Of a stretch of DNA of 64,000 nt, positions 56,705-64,000 are shown in pieces (the first letter of the stretch is position 1; the number at the start of each line of letters is the position of its first letter). The notes below the pieces were generated by a model, which was not told where the DNA came from, ran no database searches, and worked only from the letters and a program-made list of their open reading frames with translations. The position numbers were made by a program, and so were the translations under genes. This DNA is from an uncultured Ignavibacteria bacterium. GTDB lineage: Bacteria; Zixibacteria; MSB-5A5; CAIYYT01. The stretch is taken from assembly GCA_964370935.1 (NCBI GenBank), contig CAYJKI010000010.1, positions 4,420-68,419 of the forward strand. Direction: 5' to 3'.

Positions 56705-58225
56705 GTGAACGTTGAGTTACAGGGCGGACTCCACAAAGTGACCAAAATTGCAGGATTCATAAGAACCATAGCGGCAACGGCTGTGTTTCTGGGTCTGTTG
56801 ATATTTGCAAATGTCAATGCAGCAGACACCGATAATTTTTCCGCACAGACGATAGTCCCCGAAGGGAAGATTCTCGCGACAATTCCTTTCCAATTTGATG
56901 GCGTTGGCGCTCGGGAACTGGCAATAGTTGTTAGCAGTGAGCAGCGCGGATTGCGGCTGCTGGTGCACAGGGAATCGGCCGCCAAAATCTATGACGCCGT
57001 TCCTGCATTGTCGATGGATTTGCCGGCGTCGGTCTTTGCCATTCAGGCGGTCGATCTCGACGGCGACAATCGTGTTGAAATTGCGTTACTTGGGCTGGAA
57101 GCGCTGTATGTCGTCGACTTTGACGAGGGCGGATTCGCCGCGCGGGCCAAAGAGCTTGTTCGCTTCGAGCGCCTTTTCGCCGTTCCCCGGCCAGATTTTG
57201 TCGTTGAGTATGAGTTTCTCTTTGATCTCAACAATGACCGCAGCTATGACGCAGTTTTGCCATGCTGGGACGGAGTGCGCGTTCTCAAGCGCGACCGAAC
57301 CGGATTCACGCTCGTGCGACTTGTTAAGATTGAGCATGGATCGATAGCCAATCTGGGCAAGAATCTTCTTTCGGCCGGAGCAACGTGCGGTCTGGCGATA
57401 ACTCTTCCGACAATCGCTGTCTCTGACTTGAATACCGACAGGACTCCGGACGTTCTCGTGGCATCGGGGAGTGGATTGGCCGTTTGTTATCAGATTGGCG
57501 ATTTTCAGTTTTCCGAGGTTCCGAGTCAGCTTTTGGAGGTACGCGCAGCATTTCTCGACAATCTCAAGTTCATGTCTTGGGGATTTGGCGATTTGAACAA
57601 TGATAAGATCGTTGACTACTGCCGTGTCTTCACGCAAGGCGAGCAGGACGAGTTTAAGACAGTGCTGGAGATTTATCTTGCCGGCGGGCAGGCTGGTTTT
57701 GCACAGAGACCGTCGAAGAGAATCGTCCTCGATCAATATTGCCTCGGATTAGTGGTTACAGATCTGGATGGCGATGGTGTCGCCTCGGCGGTTTTAGCGA
57801 CTGTAAACGTTAGTCCGACGAGTCTGATGAAGTCGCTTTTGGTAAAGAGAATGCAGGTAGATTTGAATATATTCCAGCCTCAAGGGGGAGTGCTGTCGGA
57901 GCAGCCGACTTCGGTCAAGAAGATCAGCTGTGCCATCGACTACTTTGGCAGCGGAGTTCCAACTCGATTGATTGGCTGTCTTCATGGCGACTTTGACAAA
58001 GACCGTATCAATGACCTGATCAGTTTGAATGATGACGATGAGATCGAAGTCTTCAAGGGTGCCCAGAATCCTCATTTCTCCGACAAGCCCGTCTCGTCAC
58101 GGCAAGCCGGACGCTGCAACTGGCTGGACGCGACTGACCTGAATCTCGATGGCAAATCCGACTTGATTCTGCACTCGGTCGACGAGACCGGCCGTGATGT
58201 TGCGACCTTGCTCTGGTCAAAATAA
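56705..58225 (+). CDS. Secreted FG-GAP/VCBS-repeat protein
   Basis: Repeated DxDGD/DLNxD Ca-binding motifs (DLDGDNRVE, DLNNDRSYD, DLNTDRTPD, DLDGDGVA, DLNLDGKSD). Confidence 0.82.
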   Translation: MNVELQGGLHKVTKIAGFIRTIAATAVFLGLLIFANVNAADTDNFSAQTIVPEGKILATIPFQFDGVGARELAIVVSSEQRGLRLLVHRESAAKIYDAVPALSMDLPASVFAIQAVDLDGDNRVEIALLGLEALYVVDFDEGGFAARAKELVRFERLFAVPRPDFVVEYEFLFDLNNDRSYDAVLPCWDGVRVLKRDRTGFTLVRLVKIEHGSIANLGKNLLSAGATCGLAITLPTIAVSDLNTDRTPDVLVASGSGLAVCYQIGDFQFSEVPSQLLEVRAAFLDNLKFMSWGFGDLNNDKIVDYCRVFTQGEQDEFKTVLEIYLAGGQAGFAQRPSKRIVLDQYCLGLVVTDLDGDGVASAVLATVNVSPTSLMKSLLVKRMQVDLNIFQPQGGVLSEQPTSVKKISCAIDYFGSGVPTRLIGCLHGDFDKDRINDLISLNDDDEIEVFKGAQNPHFSDKPVSSRQAGRCNWLDATDLNLDGKSDLILHSVDETGRDVATLLWSK

Positions 58226-58314
58226 TCAATTCATTTGACTTCATCGTCGGCTGCAGTTAATTTGCCCTGTGACTCAAAGAAGAGCAACTGCAACCGCCAA
58301 AGGAATGTAGCGTT

Positions 58315-58506
58315 ATGGACACTCAACTTCCCGAATGTCTCAAATGCAAGGTCGGCCGCCTGCTCCCGCTTTCCGATTACGGGCGTGAAGGCGCCGCGAT
58401 TCGCTTCAAAGCCTGGGCCTGTTCAAACCCGGAGTGTGGCTTTAATCTGCGGATTGATAACGGTGAAATTTCATTCGGCAAGACGATTCTGCCGTCCAAC
58501 AAGTAG
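58315..58506 (+). CDS. Small zinc-ribbon protein (63 aa)
   Basis: CLKC...CSNPEC; AAGGA upstream; fits the intergenic gap. Confidence 0.75.
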   Translation: MDTQLPECLKCKVGRLLPLSDYGREGAAIRFKAWACSNPECGFNLRIDNGEISFGKTILPSNK

Positions 58507-58531
58507 TCGTTTCCGCCGCGCGTGAGGTGAC

Positions 58532-59452
58532 ATGCGCTTTAACCCTTTCAACAATCTGACCTTGAAAATCGGGGCTGTTTTGCTTGCCCTGTTGCTATGG
58601 GTACACGTGGCGACTAACAAGGCATATGAATACCAGCTTGAGGGGACGTTGAGCCTAAGCAATGTTCCCGCCGGATTAGTCCTGGTCAGCGATTTCCCCT
58701 CGACAGTGACACTTCGTGTAAAAGCGACCGGCAAACAATTGATCGCGCTTGCGGCCAAGGATATTGTGGTTTATGTCGACGCATCCGAATTTCGCGAAGG
58801 TTCGATTGAACACGACTTGACCGATCGCATTGCGGCAGCGGCTTTCGACCAAGTCTATGAGCGCGTGGAAATCGCGTTTCCGAGAAAACTCTTCCTCCGG
58901 TTTGAACGCGTGTCCGAGAAGAATGTGCTGATTGAGAGCGAAGTCAAAGCGAAGCCGGCGGAAGGATTCTTGATTGCCGGCAGGCCGAGGATTGAGCCGG
59001 AGATGATTCGTGTCTCGGGTCCGGCGACCATCATACGGAATCTCAAGAAGATCTCGACAGCAGCCGTTGAACTGAATGGCCTAACGACATCCACGTCACA
59101 CAAGGTGAGGCTGATGGTTCCTGACTCGCTCCATCTCTCTTTGAGCGACTCTTCGGTTACCATATCACTCAACGTCGAGCCGATGGCAGAAAGGCTTCTG
59201 GATAGTCTGGCAATCCGTGCACCGCTTGATTTTGACGCTTCGCGATTAACCTATTACCCCAGGCTGACCTCGGTGCGGGTTGGATTCCCATCGTCGATGC
59301 GCGATTCGGTGGACTGGCGGCAGATCCGCGCCAGTTTCGAGGCTGATGACGGCTATCGTGACTCCACCCGTGTTGCCATCAAATATACTCTCCCGGTTAA
59401 CGTGGTACTGGTCGGCACTCCATTAGACTCGGTACAAATCCACCACCGCTGA
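58532..59452 (+). CDS. YbbR/CdaR-like domain membrane-anchored protein
   Basis: NNLTLKIGAVLLALLLWVHV anchor; PSTVTLRVKA and PEMIRVSGP repeats. Confidence 0.82.
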   Translation: MRFNPFNNLTLKIGAVLLALLLWVHVATNKAYEYQLEGTLSLSNVPAGLVLVSDFPSTVTLRVKATGKQLIALAAKDIVVYVDASEFREGSIEHDLTDRIAAAAFDQVYERVEIAFPRKLFLRFERVSEKNVLIESEVKAKPAEGFLIAGRPRIEPEMIRVSGPATIIRNLKKISTAAVELNGLTTSTSHKVRLMVPDSLHLSLSDSSVTISLNVEPMAERLLDSLAIRAPLDFDASRLTYYPRLTSVRVGFPSSMRDSVDWRQIRASFEADDGYRDSTRVAIKYTLPVNVVLVGTPLDSVQIHHR

Positions 59453-60453
59453 TGAAAATTCTTGGCATCGAAACCTCGTGCGACGAAACGGCGGTTGCCG
59501 TTGTAGAAAACGGCAAGCTCGTCCTGGCCGACTTTGTTTATTCGCAGGTCGAGCACTCGGAGTTTGGCGGCATTGTACCGGAAATTGCCTCGCGCCAGCA
59601 ATTGCGCAAGATTACGCCGGTGTTTGAAACCTGCAAGAAAGCCTACGATATTTCGCCGTCGACAATCGATGCTATTGCCGTAACGCGAGGTCCGGGTTTG
59701 ATCGGTTCGCTGATGGTTGGACTGAACTTCGCTAAGGCGCTGTCCTTCGGGTGGAATCTGCCGCTTATCGGAGTCAATCACTTGGAAGGGCATATCTTCG
59801 CCAATTTGCTTGCGGATAACTCGCTGAAACCGCCGTTCATCACGCTGATCGTGTCTGGCGGGCACACGTTACTTGTGAAGGTCGAAGATTGGTGCCACTA
59901 CACAATCCTTGGTTCGACTCGCGACGATGCCGCCGGGGAAGCATTCGACAAGGTTGCCAAATTGCTTGGACTAGGATATCCGGGTGGTTATATGATCGAC
60001 CAGTTGGCGAAGGTCGGTGATCGCGAGTTTCATCGTTTCCCCAGATCTCATTTCAAGAAGGGCGAGTATCAATTTTCGTTTTCGGGCCTGAAAACATCAG
60101 TCGCCGTTTATTTGCGCGATAAATCGGATGACTTTCGCAGTCAGTACCTGAATGACATTTGCGCCTCGTTTCAGGAGCGGGTCATCGATATGCTGGTGAC
60201 GCCGTCGCTCAATGCGGCGCTTGACCACGGAATCGACCTGGTTGCTGTCGGTGGAGGGGTAGCCGCCAATTCGAGATTGCGGGAAGCATTTGTCGAGCGA
60301 GCGACCCAGAAGGGTATCCGAGTGCTGTTCCCCGCATTCAAGTATTGCACCGACAATGCAGCAATGATTGCTTCTGCGGGTTTCTTCAGGTTAGCGCGGG
60401 GCGAGCAATCGGATCATTCGTTAGTTGCGGTGCCGTACTTGCCGCTGGCGTAG
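59452..60453 (+). CDS. tsaD: tRNA N6-adenosine threonylcarbamoyltransferase
   Basis: ILGIETSCDETA, GPGLIGSL, NHLEGH, VSGGHT, DDAAGEAFDKVA, FSFSGLKT, GGVAANS, CTDNAAMI. Confidence 0.98.
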   Translation: MKILGIETSCDETAVAVVENGKLVLADFVYSQVEHSEFGGIVPEIASRQQLRKITPVFETCKKAYDISPSTIDAIAVTRGPGLIGSLMVGLNFAKALSFGWNLPLIGVNHLEGHIFANLLADNSLKPPFITLIVSGGHTLLVKVEDWCHYTILGSTRDDAAGEAFDKVAKLLGLGYPGGYMIDQLAKVGDREFHRFPRSHFKKGEYQFSFSGLKTSVAVYLRDKSDDFRSQYLNDICASFQERVIDMLVTPSLNAALDHGIDLVAVGGGVAANSRLREAFVERATQKGIRVLFPAFKYCTDNAAMIASAGFFRLARGEQSDHSLVAVPYLPLA

Positions 60454-60462
60454 AGTCTGAAG

Positions 60463-61302
60463 CTATACGTTGTAGGGGCAATAGCGGTAGTCAGCCACAC
60501 CTTTGGTACAGTACATCAGTCTCCGCGGCTGGGAACGACCATCTCCATTAACAGAATCAATCAAGAGCCCGTGCTGACAGCGCAGGCACTTTGCCGGTTG
60601 ACCATCAATCAATGTGCCGGTGAATTTCGCTTGGCGAAAGTGACTGGTTTCGACCGGGTCGTTACCGGCGTCGTGCAATTTCTCGATTGAGCCTACCCGT
60701 TCGAATACGAATCTGCCACGATCGATCTCCAATTGTCCCTTCATATCGATTTCATCGCCCACAGCGACCTCGGAGCGCTCGTAAACGTCAAATGACAGCC
60801 GTGCATAGAACGGATCAAGGAATTTGTCATAACCGAAGATCCCATTGCGGAAATAGAGTAGGACACCGCGACCGGCGATGCGCAGATTCCCATTTTCGCC
60901 GTGGTTGACAAGGAGTGGAATGATCGATTTAACGGTGCCGCGCACTTCGATTCGTTTTCCCTTGATGTCATTTACCCAATCCTCGAACTCCTCGAATTGG
61001 CGCACAAATTTGTCGTACTCGGTCCGTTCGATCTGTAGTTCCGGCTGATGCGCTTCCTTGAGATCGAAGAAAAAGGGGCAAGAGAAGCAGTCCTTGCCAA
61101 CGTGCTTCTTGTCGCGGTGGCATTTCTGTCCGTTCTCGAATTTCTGGCAACGCCAGCGAAATAACATGCATCCTTCTGGAAAGCAGCCTTTGTTCTTGAG
61201 AATGTGCCATGCGGAAGTGCCGCTTTCGCGGTGCTTGTGCAGTCGATGCGGACAGAAGAAGATGTCGGACCGCTTGTAGAGATTGCGCCATTCGGTCTGC
61301 AT
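60463..61302 (-). CDS. Cys/His-rich hypothetical protein with possible central OB-fold (start placed at ATG 61302)
   Basis: N-terminal Cys/His cluster, VRGTV...VGDEIDMKG, C-terminal CLRC...YCTKG...YCPY. Confidence 0.65.
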   Translation of the reverse strand: MQTEWRNLYKRSDIFFCPHRLHKHRESGTSAWHILKNKGCFPEGCMLFRWRCQKFENGQKCHRDKKHVGKDCFSCPFFFDLKEAHQPELQIERTEYDKFVRQFEEFEDWVNDIKGKRIEVRGTVKSIIPLLVNHGENGNLRIAGRGVLLYFRNGIFGYDKFLDPFYARLSFDVYERSEVAVGDEIDMKGQLEIDRGRFVFERVGSIEKLHDAGNDPVETSHFRQAKFTGTLIDGQPAKCLRCQHGLLIDSVNGDGRSQPRRLMYCTKGVADYRYCPYNV

Positions 61303-61535
61303 AACAAGAGTATATACGCGATATCCGAAAGTGACATAAGGACTTTCTCCCCACGATATGGGGAACTCCCCACAAAAACACCCATGCAAAATAGTCGCGC
61401 AAGTGCTGTTTCCTTTTGAACAGGCACTCAAGCCCAAATCTGCCAACGGTATAACCCCCGTCAAAAACTTCAGAACAGCTCGGCAATGTATCTGCACAGA
61501 GAGATGCCAGATAAAGTGCCGAAGGAGGAAGCTCG

Positions 61536-61772
61536 ATGCGCGTGAAGTTCACACTGACGATGGACGACCTGACGGTTGACGACCAGCATTACGATTCTGT
61601 CGTGATTGACTGGATTACCGAGGTCGAGCAGCAAGAGGTTCTCGACTTATCGCAGAAGTGGATTACATCGCAGAACTTTCTTACCCGACGCATGATCGGG
61701 TTGCAGCGAGTTGGGGAGTCCTCTCTGACGATCGAGCCGATGGACGAGACGATTTCATCAGATTACGAATAG
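61536..61772 (+). CDS. Small acidic hypothetical protein (78 aa)
   Basis: AAGGAGGA RBS; clean ORF. Confidence 0.7.
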   Translation: MRVKFTLTMDDLTVDDQHYDSVVIDWITEVEQQEVLDLSQKWITSQNFLTRRMIGLQRVGESSLTIEPMDETISSDYE

Positions 61773-61783
61773 GGGAAGTTGGA

Positions 61784-62107
61784 ATGTTCGCAGGGTTGAA
61801 AGCGCAGTTCTCGCAATTAGTAGTCGATATGCCTGGGCGGCTGTCGGAGATGGCAGTGACGTTCCACGGTTACCTGACCGCACAGTACGGGCCGGTGACG
61901 GCCTGGGCGGTGTATCTGGCCATGGCCGCGTTAACGGTGCTCGTGCTCTGGCGGCTGGTTACGCTCTCGTTCGACATTGTACGCTGCGTGGCCATACCAT
62001 CAGTGGCAGTTGCCCTGGTAGGGGCGTGGTTATCGCCACTTAGCTTCATGCACATCCTGCCGGTGGCAGCAGCGCTGTTTGCCGGTGTGATGATGTTCCG
62101 GGGATAA
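61784..62107 (+). CDS. Small membrane protein
   Basis: ATG 61784 after AGGGGA; three hydrophobic segments. Confidence 0.6.
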   Translation: MFAGLKAQFSQLVVDMPGRLSEMAVTFHGYLTAQYGPVTAWAVYLAMAALTVLVLWRLVTLSFDIVRCVAIPSVAVALVGAWLSPLSFMHILPVAAALFAGVMMFRG

Positions 62108-62175
62108 GCACGTTCTGGCAGATCGCTTGAGTCAAAGAACTTTGAGGCGGGCGCACCGCCCGACGGGGAGAGAGT

Positions 62176-62352
62176 ATGAGGCCATTCAAGCGCCGTAAAA
62201 GAACGAACTGTCCGCTCTGCAGCGGAAAGTTGATCAAGGCACGCGGGACGATGCGCTGTCCGGCATGTCGTATCGAGGTCGTCGGCGACTCTTGCCGATT
62301 CCTCAACCTGCCTTCATCAGTCCATGGCGTCGCCGACGGCGGCAAGAGATAG
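62176..62352 (+). CDS. 58-aa zinc-ribbon protein (not in the ORF track): MRPFKRRKRTNCPLCSGKLIKARGTMRCPACRIEVVGDSCRFLNLPSSVHGVADGGKR
   Basis: GGGGAGAGAG RBS; CPLC...CPAC; stop 5 nt before the next ATG. Confidence 0.65.
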   Translation: MRPFKRRKRTNCPLCSGKLIKARGTMRCPACRIEVVGDSCRFLNLPSSVHGVADGGKR

Positions 62353-62357
62353 GCGAT

Positions 62358-62837
62358 ATGGACGACAAGTCCCAGCGCTGCCATATCTGTGGCAAGGTCA
62401 TGCGCGAATACAAAGGGGTTTACCTGTGTTTGCCGTGTAACGAGAGGTATGGCGATTTCTACGGTTTTTTCAACTCGGCCTCGCGCGACTATCACGAAGA
62501 AAAGGAATACGTCATCATTGACTGCCCGGGTGTGACGATCTATGACGAAAGCAACCAACGCGTGGTCCAGGGAGTTAAGTGGAACGACGACCGCGATCAT
62601 GCCAAGGGCTACGAGGTCATAGGTAAGCAAATTTTCGCTCCCAATCACACCAAGACTCGGCGGGTTCCAAAAGACAAAGCCAACAATATCAGCCGATGTC
62701 AGTCCTGTCAGGATTTTACCGTTCGTATGCGAATCTACAATTCCCAGGTGGGCAAGTCAGATTACCAGCAGAGCTCTCCATTAATGCCGAAAGACGGCGA
62801 CAAGTTCGCCCGTCCTGATATTCACGGCAAGCGCTAG
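62358..62837 (+). CDS. Hypothetical protein with Zn-finger-like Cys pairs (start placed at ATG 62358)
   Basis: CHICG...CLPC and CQSCQ. Confidence 0.6.
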   Translation: MDDKSQRCHICGKVMREYKGVYLCLPCNERYGDFYGFFNSASRDYHEEKEYVIIDCPGVTIYDESNQRVVQGVKWNDDRDHAKGYEVIGKQIFAPNHTKTRRVPKDKANNISRCQSCQDFTVRMRIYNSQVGKSDYQQSSPLMPKDGDKFARPDIHGKR

Positions 62838-63976
62838 TCTCCGATCGTCAGGGATACCACTTCGCAAGGCGACAACGCCCGCAATCCTTCAATCTCACTT
62901 TCCCGGTAAGTATATACCCGCATCATTTCAGGAGGGATGTCCTGCAAGTTCAGATCCCCGACGTGTCGCCATTCGGCTTCCGGCCGCCACTCGGCAACTT
63001 CTGAACCTGCGCTCTGGAAGAATGGCCGGTCAGGATCGGGGAGCGAGTCGAAATCCGTAACGGTGCCATACGATACGGGCTGGATGCCGAGCCGGTGGGC
63101 AAAGGAGGCATCAATGCTAATTCCGTAAGGTTCGAAGCTGTAATAGGCGTATCGCTTTCGCCAACGCATTAGTCTGATGGCTTCGGTTGGGTCTTGCGCG
63201 GTGAAAGATACGACCTGGTATCCTCTGCGAATGAACCGACTGGAGGCGAGGATTCTGCCGTCCTGCAGGATTCGCTCGAGGACATGTAAAGCAGACAACG
63301 GATAGTTGTCCGAGTCCAGTATTGCATTGTAGAAATCGTAATGATCTTCCGTTTCAAGGGGGCGAAAGGAGGATCTTGTCCAATGAGTCAGACCATCCCA
63401 ACCATCACCGATCCGTGGATTGAGGTTTATGTGGTTCCAATCATAGTGCGCCCGGTCGATCGGTTTGCGATAGGGAGTACGAAACGAGCTGTCAATTGTC
63501 GCTCCAGACTGCTCAATGAGCGAATTGAGGCGACCAGAGGGCCGAACTGATACTGGCACTAGAATGCGGGCACTAGAAATAAGAAATTCATCGCGTGCCT
63601 GCACCCGTTCCCGGGAAGTCTGGTTTTTGAAATTGTCCAAGATCAGGAGGGAAATACGCTGTTCATCGAGTCTGAAGCTTCGCAGAAAATCACTGATCGA
63701 AGCGCAGCCGTATTCAGTTATTTCCGGAGGAATGACAATGATCTGCCGGCCGCCAAGGATATTCACGAGGTGCAAGGCCAATTCCCAGCTGTTCATACCA
63801 ATCGAAGTAAGAAAGAGGCAGTCTTGCGAGCAATAATGGCTGATAGCGCGTTTGGTCGCTGTCACCCACTCATCCGCACGGCATGGTCGTTTCGACTGAC
63901 GAGAGTTAAGAATGAGACAGGTCTTGTCTCGTGAAACTGCCGATTGAAACTCTTCGAGATTGATTACGACGCCCAT
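62834..63976 (-). CDS. Hypothetical protein; possible SLOG/DprA-like N-terminus plus AbiGi/ART-like C-terminus
   Basis: RDEFLISSARILVPVSVRPSG; THWTR...VVSFT...YGISI...EAEWR. Confidence 0.55.
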   Translation of the reverse strand: MGVVINLEEFQSAVSRDKTCLILNSRQSKRPCRADEWVTATKRAISHYCSQDCLFLTSIGMNSWELALHLVNILGGRQIIVIPPEITEYGCASISDFLRSFRLDEQRISLLILDNFKNQTSRERVQARDEFLISSARILVPVSVRPSGRLNSLIEQSGATIDSSFRTPYRKPIDRAHYDWNHINLNPRIGDGWDGLTHWTRSSFRPLETEDHYDFYNAILDSDNYPLSALHVLERILQDGRILASSRFIRRGYQVVSFTAQDPTEAIRLMRWRKRYAYYSFEPYGISIDASFAHRLGIQPVSYGTVTDFDSLPDPDRPFFQSAGSEVAEWRPEAEWRHVGDLNLQDIPPEMMRVYTYRESEIEGLRALSPCEVVSLTIGD

Positions 63977-64000
63977 TTTCGAATGCCCGCTTGTTTGAAT

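Noticed and set aside
206-63836. Numerous short alternative-frame ORFs in the track
   Set aside because: They overlap well-supported genes on the opposite strand or in another frame and lack motifs
1-64000. CRISPR arrays, rRNA/tRNA genes, transposases, integrases, prophage genes
   Set aside because: No regularly spaced repeats or matching motifs were seen by eye; a tRNAscan/Infernal run is needed to fully exclude small RNAs

Overview
A gene-dense bacterial chromosomal window, probably from an FCB-group organism. The tandem dockerin-like C-terminus at ~42 kb suggests Zixibacteria (inference). Contents in order: a heme biosynthesis operon (hemA partial, hemC-D-B-L-E-N-H-Y) and a nitroreductase; an unannotated small membrane gene with an in-frame TGA, a SECIS-like hairpin and a 7-bp duplication frameshift; two glutamate dehydrogenases, each with a Rex-like box, flanking two PEP-synthase-like ATP-grasp proteins (one fused to a nucleotidyltransferase) and a metallophosphoesterase; a sigma54-driven PEP-CTERM gene; a signalling cluster (RsbV/RsbW/PP2C, GAF-PAS histidine kinase, Ser/Thr kinase-TPR). 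That cluster converges on the top find: an unannotated 23-aa peptide gene (MYNLIIEVLEEKVAP-AGFSQGGQ) directly downstream of an RRE(PqqD)-M50 peptidase-HlyD fusion, a candidate minimal peptide maturation/export and signalling system. Further on are a vWA protein, a dockerin protein, a Tat-type SOD, pruA, a Cyc2-like porin-cytochrome/CX4CH lipoprotein/YceI operon, a HEAT + HD-GYP pair, murQ, envelope proteins, tsaD and Cys-rich hypotheticals. I recognised no rRNA, tRNA, CRISPR array or IS element. All calls come from reading motifs by eye; no database searches were run.
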